From: a virus
Taxonomy: Duplodnaviria; Caudoviricetes
Strand: one strand, 5' to 3'
Length of the DNA stretch: 30,704 nt
Virus record (IMG/VR): IMGVR_UViG_3300032320_000087
Coordinates: 1-30,704 of that record
A program made the translations under genes and the position numbers. The notes under the pieces are model-generated. The model saw only the letters and a program-made list of their open reading frames with translations, ran no database searches and was not told the DNA's origin. This document shows positions 1 to 7,539 of the stretch, in pieces (the first letter of the stretch is position 1; the number at the start of each line of letters is the position of its first letter).

Positions 1-27
1 GCCTCTTTAGCGAGGTGGAAATGCTAA
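1..27 (+). CDS. 3' end of upstream phage protein (..ASLARWKC*), resembles C-terminus of DUF6321-type phage proteins; partial
   Basis: Frame 1 reads gcc tct tta gcg agg tgg aaa tgc taa; the stop abuts the next gene's start; the W-x-C* ending is recalled from this conserved phage family. Only 8 codons are visible. Confidence 0.35.
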   Translation, partial: ASLARWKC

Positions 28-29
28 AT

Positions 30-257
30 ATGATGGAACTCTGGACGGGCGGTTTAACTATATTTGTAGCCCTTATTGGTTATATGATGCATGAAAAGTT
101 TAACGACCTTAAACGCATTGATATTTTATTGAACAAGACAAGAGAAGAGGTGGCTCGTGATAACGTTACTAAAGCAGAAGTTGAACGTATTGTTGAACAC
201 ATTGACGCAAGGTTTAACAAGCTTGAAGGCAAAATTGACGAGCTTATTAGGAAATAA
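30..257 (+). CDS. Small membrane protein, N-terminal TM helix plus coiled coil (start 21, 30 or 33)
   Basis: LWTGGLTIFVALIGYMM hydrophobic segment followed by heptad-rich LKRIDILL..RFNKLEGKIDELIRK; ATG 30 directly follows the upstream TAA. Confidence 0.7.
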   Translation: MMELWTGGLTIFVALIGYMMHEKFNDLKRIDILLNKTREEVARDNVTKAEVERIVEHIDARFNKLEGKIDELIRK

Positions 258-260
258 ATA

Positions 261-878
261 ATGCCAAGTGTCTCTAAAAAACAACACAATTTTATGGCTG
301 CAATAGCCAAGAACCCAGCTTTTGCTAAAAAGGTTGGAATGAAGCCCTCCGTTGGAGAGCATTTTTTAAATGCCGATAAAGGCAAAAAATTTGGGAGTGG
401 TGGCATGAAAAAAGTTCGTAAATACGCTGAAGGCGATATGGTTGAAGACACAGAAGACGGTGGCGCTTATGTTGGATCACGTTTAAACATGGGTAAAGAC
501 CGTGGAAGCCGTCTTGGTCGTGTAAGTAAAGAAGACTCAGATATGCTTAAAAAGCAAGATGCAGCTTCTGGCATGAATAAAAATCCAAGAATGGGTGGTT
601 TAGCAAGAGCTGGTATGTCTGGTGGTTTGGGTAACAAATATGGCATGAAAAAAGGTGGCATGGCTCACGAAGAAAAAGGTGAGATGAAAAAAGACCTTGC
701 CCAAGACAAGAAAATGGTTAAAAAAGCTGTTGGTATGCATGACAAGCAACAGCATGGTGGTAAAAAAACAAATTTATCTACCCTTAAAAAGGGCGGTAAA
801 GTTTGTATGGCTCGTGGCGGTGGCATTGAAATCAAAGGCAAAACCAAGGGCACCATGATTAAGATGAAGGGTTGCTAA
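261..878 (+). CDS. Lys/Gly/Met-rich small basic protein, putative internal virion protein
   Basis: 205 aa, low complexity, N-terminal MPSVSKKQHNFMAA..NPAFAKKVG block, several Phi-x-x-G-G motifs, C-terminal RGGGIEIKGKTKG tag. Confidence 0.8.
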   Translation: MPSVSKKQHNFMAAIAKNPAFAKKVGMKPSVGEHFLNADKGKKFGSGGMKKVRKYAEGDMVEDTEDGGAYVGSRLNMGKDRGSRLGRVSKEDSDMLKKQDAASGMNKNPRMGGLARAGMSGGLGNKYGMKKGGMAHEEKGEMKKDLAQDKKMVKKAVGMHDKQQHGGKKTNLSTLKKGGKVCMARGGGIEIKGKTKGTMIKMKGC

Positions 879-879
879 G

Positions 880-1578
880 ATGAAAAAGAAGCTACGCAAG
901 TTTTCTGAAGGTGGTTTTGAAACTGCTGTAGGTCAATCTAGAATTGACGAGGACACTCGTGCCCGTGCAATGCGTTCCGTAATGCCTGATGATTCTCCAG
1001 CTGGCACCTCTACTTACGGTGAAGAAAATGCTTCTCCAGTTACAGTTACCAAAACCAAAACCTCTGTTACTGCTCCTGTAAAACCTAAAGCCGATGCGCC
1101 ATATAGTAAACCTGCAGGTAATTATGTTAACCCAGAAAAAGGTCTTGAGCGTGTTGAGCCAGAAAACTATATTCCTGGCGCTGGATTGCTTAAAGGTATG
1201 CTCAAGCAAGTGGTTAATATGGGTGCAAAGCGCACAGCTAAAGAAGCTGCTGAAGGTGCAGCTAAGAATGTAGCTCGTAGATCTGAAGAAGGGTTTAACC
1301 CATCTGAAGCCTTGGATGCACTAAAGCCAACCAGAACTGTAAGCGTTAAAGGTAAAGATATTCCTGTTAAGCAAGGCAAGCCAAACTTTGGCAAATCAAC
1401 CGAAAACATGGGCGTTAAAGAAGTGATGAATAAGTCTGGTGAAAAGATTCCAGTAAAACGTTCTATGGATGATATGATTGATGATGGTGGTTCTGGTGCG
1501 TTTAAACGTGGTGGTAAAGTATCCTCAGCATCTAGACGTGCTGATGGTTGTGCAATTCGTGGCAAGACAAGGGCTTAA
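880..1578 (+). CDS. Basic disordered protein, putative internal virion protein
   Basis: 232 aa; FSEGG near the N-terminus; ends FKRGGKVSSASRRADGCAIRGKTRA; starts 1 nt after the previous stop. Confidence 0.8.
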   Translation: MKKKLRKFSEGGFETAVGQSRIDEDTRARAMRSVMPDDSPAGTSTYGEENASPVTVTKTKTSVTAPVKPKADAPYSKPAGNYVNPEKGLERVEPENYIPGAGLLKGMLKQVVNMGAKRTAKEAAEGAAKNVARRSEEGFNPSEALDALKPTRTVSVKGKDIPVKQGKPNFGKSTENMGVKEVMNKSGEKIPVKRSMDDMIDDGGSGAFKRGGKVSSASRRADGCAIRGKTRA

Positions 1579-1580
1579 TC

Positions 1581-1829
1581 ATGGCAAAATCACCTGATCA
1601 AATTGTTGCGGAAATTGACCGCAAGCAAAACGAAGAAGACTTAGGATTGCCTAAACGCATGGCTAAAGCTGCTGTTAATTTGGTTAAGCCAAAAGCTACT
1701 AAGCCAGATACGGGGGAAACTACTAATCCTATGGGTGATAAATATGCTAAAGGCGGTACAGTGTCTTCTGCTTCTAAACGAGCAGACGGATGCTGTGTTA
1801 AGGGTAAAACCCGTGGGAAAATGGTATGA
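1581..1829 (+). CDS. Small basic protein, putative internal virion protein (start ATG 1581 rather than 1548)
   Basis: MAKSPDQ..; ends YAKGGTVSSASKRADGCCVKGKTRGKMV, nearly identical to the tail of the upstream protein. Confidence 0.8.
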   Translation: MAKSPDQIVAEIDRKQNEEDLGLPKRMAKAAVNLVKPKATKPDTGETTNPMGDKYAKGGTVSSASKRADGCCVKGKTRGKMV

Positions 1830-2098
1830 GACCCAGTAGAGGAATGGGAGCTATCTCTCCCTCTAAAATGCCTAGCGGGAAAAAGAAAGCCCGTAGAGAT
1901 GATACCAACTTTACTCAATTCAAAGAAGGCGGTAAGGTTAATGCTGCTGGCAATTACACAAAGCCTAGCTTGCGTAAACGGATTGTTTCTCAGGTTAAAG
2001 CAGCTGCAACACATGGTACTGGCGCAGGTCAATGGTCAGCTCGTAAAGCACAATTAGTAGCTAAAAAATATAAGGCGGCTGGCGGTGGATATAAATGA
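1826..2098 (+). CDS. Leader plus N-terminal half of DUF5872-like protein
   Basis: YTKPSLRKRI..GQWSARKAQLVAKKYKAAGGGY matches the recalled DUF5872 N-terminal motif; ATGA overlap with the upstream gene. Confidence 0.7.
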   Translation: MRPSRGMGAISPSKMPSGKKKARRDDTNFTQFKEGGKVNAAGNYTKPSLRKRIVSQVKAAATHGTGAGQWSARKAQLVAKKYKAAGGGYK

Positions 2099-2343
2099 CT
2101 GGATTAGCAAAATCACAACGTTCTTTAAAGGCTTGGGGAGACCAGAAGTGGACAACCAAGTCGGGAAAGAAGTCGTCCGAAACAGGCGAGAGATACCTGC
2201 CAAAAAAAGCAATCGAGTCGTTAAGCCCGCAGGAGTACGCAGCAACGACAAAAGCAAAGCGGGCAGGAAAAGCACGGGGACAACAGTTCGTGCCGCAGCC
2301 GCAAAAGGTAAAAGCAAAAGTAAAGCCATTTAGGAAAATATGA
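2095..2343 (+). CDS. C-terminal half of DUF5872-like protein
   Basis: QRSLKAWGDQKWTTKSG..RYLPKKA..ATTKAKR..GQQFV matches the recalled DUF5872 C-terminal motif; ATGA overlaps on both sides. Confidence 0.7.
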   Translation: MTGLAKSQRSLKAWGDQKWTTKSGKKSSETGERYLPKKAIESLSPQEYAATTKAKRAGKARGQQFVPQPQKVKAKVKPFRKI

Positions 2344-3266
2344 GCACATCTGGTTCAACTACATTTAATTTAGACCTTAACAACCTCATTGAAGAGTCTT
2401 TTGAGCGTTGTGGTACAGAGCTGCGTACTGGTTATGATATGCGTACTGCACGTAGGTCTTTAAACCTATTGACTGTGGAGTGGGCTAATCGTGGTATTAA
2501 CCTGTGGACTATTGAGCAAGGTCAGATTGAAATGGTTACAGGACAAGGAATGTACCCTGTACCAACTAATACTATTGACTTGTTAGACACTGTTGTTCGT
2601 CAAAACAACGGCATTCAAAGCACTCAAATTGACATCAATATTACCCGTATTTCAGAGTCTACTTACTCCACAATCCCAAACAAACTGACTACTGGTCGCC
2701 CTATTCAAGTGTGGTTTAACCGCCAAACTGGTCAAAGCAACAGTACAACAGCTACTTTAAACGGCTCAATTAATGCTACCGCAACAACTATTACTGTAAG
2801 TGATGCAAGCCAGCTAACAAGTGGTGGATACATTCAAATTGACTCAGAAATCATTGGTTATGCCAACGTTTCTGGCAATCAACTAATTAATTGCTATCGT
2901 GGTCAAAGCGGTACAACGGCTGCCGCACACACAACTGGTGCTGCAATTACTAATAAAAACCTTCCATGTATTAACGTTTGGCCCACCCCTGATGCTGGTG
3001 GCAGTCCTTACACCTTTGTTTATTGGAGGCTACGCAGAATACAAGACGCTGGTACTAACGGCACGGTAGAACCAGACATTCCATTTCGATTGTTGCCTTG
3101 CATGGTAGCTGGATTAGCTTTTTATTTAGCTCAAAAGTTACCAGACGCATTACCAAGAATGCAGTTTTTAAAGAACGAATACGAAGAACAATGGTTGATG
3201 GCATCTACAGAGGACAGGGAAAAAGCAGCCTCTAGATTTGTGCCAAGGACTACTTTCTATGGCTAG
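2340..3266 (+). CDS. Head-tail adaptor/neck ring protein (tail tubular protein A-like) with inserted beta domain
   Basis: N-terminal TSGSTTFNLD..LIEESFERCG..ARRSLNLLTVEWANRGINLW; G-R-P..VWPTPD..; helical C-terminus; position upstream of tail genes. Confidence 0.65.
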   Translation: MSTSGSTTFNLDLNNLIEESFERCGTELRTGYDMRTARRSLNLLTVEWANRGINLWTIEQGQIEMVTGQGMYPVPTNTIDLLDTVVRQNNGIQSTQIDINITRISESTYSTIPNKLTTGRPIQVWFNRQTGQSNSTTATLNGSINATATTITVSDASQLTSGGYIQIDSEIIGYANVSGNQLINCYRGQSGTTAAAHTTGAAITNKNLPCINVWPTPDAGGSPYTFVYWRLRRIQDAGTNGTVEPDIPFRLLPCMVAGLAFYLAQKLPDALPRMQFLKNEYEEQWLMASTEDREKAASRFVPRTTFYG

Positions 3267-3681
3267 TAAGTACAGTAGTGGCAAGTTTGCCATTGCGGAG
3301 TGTGATCGATGCGGTCAGCGATATAAGCTAAAGGAGCTTAGAAAGCTGGTTGTAAAGCAGCAAATGAAGAATATTAAGGTGTGTCCTGAGTGTTGGGAAC
3401 CAGATCAGCCACAGTTATCTTTGGGTATGTACCCAGTAGATGACCCACAGGCGGTTAGGGAGCCAAGACCAGACTTAAGTTATCAAGTTTCTGGAAATAA
3501 CGGTTTGCAGGTAATATTAACCAATAGTGTTAATCCAGATGCTAATGGAGTACCGCAGGGTGGTAGCAGGGTGTTTCAGTGGGGGTGGAACCCTGTTGGT
3601 GGCGCTAGAGATAACGGTTTGACACCCAATGATCTTGCCCCGTCTTGTTTAGTGGGTGTCGTAACAGTAACAACAACTTAG
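3259..3681 (+). CDS. Conserved Zn-finger virion-associated protein (start ATG 3259)
   Basis: CDRC..VCPECWEPDQPQ..DPQAVREPRPD, two CxxC pairs. Confidence 0.75.
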   Translation: MASKYSSGKFAIAECDRCGQRYKLKELRKLVVKQQMKNIKVCPECWEPDQPQLSLGMYPVDDPQAVREPRPDLSYQVSGNNGLQVILTNSVNPDANGVPQGGSRVFQWGWNPVGGARDNGLTPNDLAPSCLVGVVTVTTT

Positions 3682-3690
3682 GAGTAGAAA

Positions 3691-3894
3691 ATGTTTAAAC
3701 GTGATGCAGATGGCATAGCCAAAAAAGGCAAAACAGAAGGTCGCAATTTAGGTGATAGCGGTCCAACAGCTTCAGTACTAAAGTCAAAGCCAAAAATGTT
3801 AGGCAAAGACCAAAATGTAATGAAGAAAATTGGTCGTAATCTAGCTAAAGTTCAAAACCAAGGTATGCGTAAAGCAGCTGGACGAGGTCGTTAA
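3691..3894 (+). CDS. Small basic protein with N-terminal ADG..KGKT tag
   Basis: AGGAG RBS about 6 nt upstream; begins MFKRDADGIAKKGKTEG. Confidence 0.75.
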   Translation: MFKRDADGIAKKGKTEGRNLGDSGPTASVLKSKPKMLGKDQNVMKKIGRNLAKVQNQGMRKAAGRGR

Positions 3895-3896
3895 TC

Positions 3897-4184
3897 ATGG
3901 CTACTTTTAGCAAAAAGGTAATGGGCAAAGAAGTTGGCGATGCCAGCGTCTATGCCGAACCACATACTATGAATGGAAAAGCTATGAAAGCTAATGAATC
4001 TATTGGATATAAAACAGACCCTAACTCTATGAGTGCAATTGAGTCTACTCCAGGCGGTATGCCAGCTCGTAGAGTCAGCACAGGCAATCCTGATTCAAAA
4101 CAAATTAACAAAAATGGTGGAGTAAAACAGCGTGGATCTGGCGCAGCTACCAAAGGGTTTACCTCTAGAGGACCAATGGCGTAA
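3897..4184 (+). CDS. Small basic protein with C-terminal RGSGAATKG tag
   Basis: 95 aa; TAATG overlap with the next gene. Confidence 0.75.
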   Translation: MATFSKKVMGKEVGDASVYAEPHTMNGKAMKANESIGYKTDPNSMSAIESTPGGMPARRVSTGNPDSKQINKNGGVKQRGSGAATKGFTSRGPMA

Positions 4185-4843
4185 TGAATTACACGGAATT
4201 AACTTCTGTAATACAAGGCTACGCAGAAAACGATTTTCCAGCAACAGTTGGGTCGTTCACGTCTGCACAGCAGCTTGCTAATTTTGTCCAGCTGGCGGAG
4301 CAACGCATCTATAACATAGTGCAAATGCCAGCGTTTCGTAAAAACGTTACAGGCACAATGACTACTGGTAATAAGTACCTTGCAACTCCTACAGACTGGC
4401 TTGCAACATATAGCCTTGCAGTAATTAATTCCGCTAATGAGTACCACTATCTTTTGAACAAAGATGTGAACTTTATTCGTGAGTCTTACCCAGATACTGA
4501 TGCCGCTTTCTATGCAGAACCTCAGTATTACGCTATATTTGATAACAACACGTTTATTCTTGGACCTACTCCAGACGCTAATTACGCTACGGAACTCCAT
4601 TATTTTTACTATCCAGCATCTATTGTTACTGCTGGCACAAGCTGGCTTGGGGATAATTTCTCTATGGTATTGGTCTACGGAGCGCTTTTAGAAGCAGCCA
4701 CATTTATGAAGTCAGATGCCGATGTTATTACCAATTACAAGGCTCGTTACGATGAAGCTATGGTAGAACTTAAACAATTAGGTGAAGCTAAAGAACGTCA
4801 AGACTCTTATCGTAGCGGTCAAGTGAGGTATCCAGTAAAATGA
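4184..4843 (+). CDS. Second head-tail adaptor/ring protein
   Basis: MNYTEL..FVQLAEQRI..EPQYYA..FILGPTPD..Y..W..LVYGALLEAATFMK..RYDEAM, the typical phage adaptor pattern. Confidence 0.7.
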   Translation: MNYTELTSVIQGYAENDFPATVGSFTSAQQLANFVQLAEQRIYNIVQMPAFRKNVTGTMTTGNKYLATPTDWLATYSLAVINSANEYHYLLNKDVNFIRESYPDTDAAFYAEPQYYAIFDNNTFILGPTPDANYATELHYFYYPASIVTAGTSWLGDNFSMVLVYGALLEAATFMKSDADVITNYKARYDEAMVELKQLGEAKERQDSYRSGQVRYPVK

Positions 4844-5127
4844 TTACTGTACAAGGAATAGGCGAGTCTAGTGGAATCCAAGTCTTTACTAAAGACCACG
4901 GAGGCTTTACTCCAGAGGAAATAGCTGAAAGAGCGTTAGACAAAATCATTCAAGTAGGAGACCAATCCCATCCCGTGGTTCGTGATCAAGCAAATGCTTT
5001 TCGCAATCATATTCGTGGGGTATTAGTTTTCTACATGAATGAAGCGGTAAAATTTGATCGTGTAACACTAGCCCACAAGCTACGGGAAGCTGGTCATCCT
5101 GAATTAATTAAACTTTTAGACGAATAG
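4840..5127 (+). CDS. Conserved hypothetical phage protein
   Basis: GFTPEEIAERALDKII; ATGA overlap; helical. Confidence 0.7.
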   Translation: MITVQGIGESSGIQVFTKDHGGFTPEEIAERALDKIIQVGDQSHPVVRDQANAFRNHIRGVLVFYMNEAVKFDRVTLAHKLREAGHPELIKLLDE

Positions 5128-5136
5128 GAGTCCAAA

Positions 5137-5589
5137 ATGGCTTTTACAGGCAACTTTATGTGTACCAGCTTTAAACAGCAGATTCTGCAAGCTGCGCACG
5201 ATTTCACAACATCAACTGGCGATACTTTTAAGTTAGCTATGTATGACAACTCAGCATCGTTTACCGCTGCTACGACTGCATATACTGCAACTAACGAAGT
5301 AACGGCTTCTGGCTCTTACTCTGCTGGTGGCGGTACGCTAACTAACATAACTCCAACAACTTCTGGAACTACAGCGTTTACAGACTTTGCGGATTTATCG
5401 TTTACTTCAGCAACTATTACTGCTTACGGTGCGTTAATTTATAACACCACACCAACTTCTGGTTTGGGTTTAACTAATCCTACCGTTTGCGTACTTGACT
5501 TTGGTGGTGCTAAAACATCTACTGCTGGTACATTTACGATTGTTTTCCCAACGGCTGACGCAACAAACGCTATTATCCGTATTGCTTAA
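5137..5589 (+). CDS. Virion structural protein (Thr/Ala-rich beta protein, fibre-associated)
   Basis: AGGAG RBS; MCTSFKQQIL..FKLAMY..TNEV..GSYSAGG..GALIYN..LDFGGAKTST.GTFTIVFP. Confidence 0.75.
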   Translation: MAFTGNFMCTSFKQQILQAAHDFTTSTGDTFKLAMYDNSASFTAATTAYTATNEVTASGSYSAGGGTLTNITPTTSGTTAFTDFADLSFTSATITAYGALIYNTTPTSGLGLTNPTVCVLDFGGAKTSTAGTFTIVFPTADATNAIIRIA

Positions 5590-5602
5590 GGGTAATTGAG
5601 GT

Positions 5603-6499
5603 GTGGCTGATGTCATCGTTCCGTTATCTGGCTGGGGAAACCAAGGCTGGGGCATATCTCCTTGGGGAGAGGGAAGTGTTTCTGTTTCTGCAACGGGGCA
5701 AGTTGGCTCAGTAACAGTACAAGCAAATGTTAGTTTTAATGTAACAGGTGTTAGCGGTACAGGAAATGTAGGTGCAGTAACAGCTCAGGCTGGTAGTTCT
5801 GTAGTAGTAACTGGTTTAAGTTCAACTGGGTCAGTAGGTTCTGTTGAGGTAAATGCAGGGGCTTCGGTTAGTTTAACTGGGGTTACTAGCACAGCAAGCG
5901 TAGGGTCTGTCACCGTAACAACAATAACTGCTGTAAGCGTTACTGGGGTTAGTGCAACAGGAAGTATTGGAAGTCCGTCTGTAACCGCTGGGGCATCATT
6001 TAGTGTTACGGGCGTTGCAGGAACAATAAATGTAGGCTCGGTAAGTATTCAAGGTGCAGCAAATGCCCCTGTTTCTGGACTAGGTGCTACTGGTAGCATA
6101 GGAAGCGTCACTGTACAACAAGGTACAGGCGTTTCTGTAACGGGTGTTTCTGCCACAGGATTTGTAGGAAGCGTAACTAATACTGGTAGCGCTTCTGTAA
6201 GTTTAACTGGAGTTGCTGGTACTGGGCAGATAGGTCAAATATCAGCAAGTACAGAGCAAAATGTTAGTGTTACTGGATTCTTATTAACATCCAGTATTGG
6301 AACGATTAGCGTAGTAATTAATGTAGATGTAGGGGTAACAGGTGTTAGTGCAACAGGTCAAATAGGAAATGTCTTAATTTGGAGTCAAATTGATGATAAT
6401 CAAACAGCAAATTGGGCTGGCATAAATGACTCGCAAACACCCGTCTGGAGTGATATTATTGACACACAAAGCCCTAATTGGGTAGGAATAGCAGCATAA
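5603..6499 (+). CDS. 22-aa repeat fibre/appendage protein
   Basis: About 11 tandem 22-aa units VTGVSATGxVGSVTV; GWG-rich N-terminus and Trp-periodic C-terminus; GTG start. Confidence 0.8.
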   Translation: MADVIVPLSGWGNQGWGISPWGEGSVSVSATGQVGSVTVQANVSFNVTGVSGTGNVGAVTAQAGSSVVVTGLSSTGSVGSVEVNAGASVSLTGVTSTASVGSVTVTTITAVSVTGVSATGSIGSPSVTAGASFSVTGVAGTINVGSVSIQGAANAPVSGLGATGSIGSVTVQQGTGVSVTGVSATGFVGSVTNTGSASVSLTGVAGTGQIGQISASTEQNVSVTGFLLTSSIGTISVVINVDVGVTGVSATGQIGNVLIWSQIDDNQTANWAGINDSQTPVWSDIIDTQSPNWVGIAA

Positions 6500-6509
6500 A
6501 GGATAAAAA

Positions 6510-7529
6510 ATGGCATCCACATATAGTGAATTAAAATTTGAGCTAATAACCACGGGTGAACAAGCGGGAACTTGGGGTATTACCACTGATACCAATATTG
6601 GAACCGCCATCCAAGAAGCCATTACAGGCTCTGCTGATGTAGCATATTCAAGCGCAGCGGATGTTACTGTAACGCTTACAGACACAAATGCTACCCAAAC
6701 AGCCCGTAATCTGCGTTTAAACCTAACAGAATCTGGTGCTGGAATAGGCTATACAGGTAACTTAGTCCTTGGTTCTGGATGCCAAATTGAGAAGTTATAC
6801 ATAATCAATAACGGTACTACTGGCACTAAGACTGTTAAAAACACCACAGGTACAGGTATTGCTGTCCCTGCTGGTAAGACTATGTTTGTTTTCAATAACG
6901 GCACAAACGTTGTTGATGCAACAACTTATCTAAGCTCTCTAACATTAGGTACAGACTTAGCCGTAGCCGATGGCGGTACAGGCGCTTCTACATTCTCTTC
7001 TGGTGCTTTGTTAAAAGGCGCAGGAACAAGTCCAATTACTACAGCTACCGCAGGAACAGACTATGTAGCACCTGGCACAGCTACAACCTTTACAGCTCTA
7101 CAGACTTTTGCTGGTACATCATCAAATGCAGACTTAAAGACTTCTAATATCCTTGAGGTTGCTACAGTCTCAGCTACGGCAGCAACAGGCACAATTAACT
7201 ACGATGTAACTACCCAATCGGTTCTGTATTACACAACTAACGCATCAGCTAACTGGACAGTAAACTTCCGTGGTTCAAGCGGTACTTCTTTAAATACTAT
7301 TATGGCTACAGGTGAGTCTTTGTCTGTTACCTTCTTAGTAACTCAAGGCTCTACAGCCTATTACAACTCGGCAGTTCAAGTAGATGGCTCTTCTGTAACA
7401 CCAAAATGGCAGGGCGGTACAGCCCCAACAACAGGTAATGCTAGTTCAATAGACAGTTATACCTACGTAATTCTAAAAACGGGAAGTGCAGCATTTACTG
7501 TACTAGCTACACAAACTAAATTTAGTTAA
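6510..7529 (+). CDS. Tail fibre protein (proximal)
   Basis: AAGGA RBS; MASTYS..ELITTGEQAGTWG..; LAVADGGTGAS fibre motif; C-terminal WQGGTAPT..DSYTYVI beta domain. Confidence 0.7.
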   Translation: MASTYSELKFELITTGEQAGTWGITTDTNIGTAIQEAITGSADVAYSSAADVTVTLTDTNATQTARNLRLNLTESGAGIGYTGNLVLGSGCQIEKLYIINNGTTGTKTVKNTTGTGIAVPAGKTMFVFNNGTNVVDATTYLSSLTLGTDLAVADGGTGASTFSSGALLKGAGTSPITTATAGTDYVAPGTATTFTALQTFAGTSSNADLKTSNILEVATVSATAATGTINYDVTTQSVLYYTTNASANWTVNFRGSSGTSLNTIMATGESLSVTFLVTQGSTAYYNSAVQVDGSSVTPKWQGGTAPTTGNASSIDSYTYVILKTGSAAFTVLATQTKFS

Positions 7530-7539
7530 GGTCTCATAG

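Noticed and set aside
2095-2098. Canonical -1 slippery heptamer at the DUF5872 split
   Set aside because: GGATATAAATGA has no XXXYYYZ pattern; translational coupling is the simpler explanation.
2085-2333. Alternative-frame ORF overlapping 2095..2343
   Set aside because: ATG overlaps and recognisable motifs support the 2095 frame instead.
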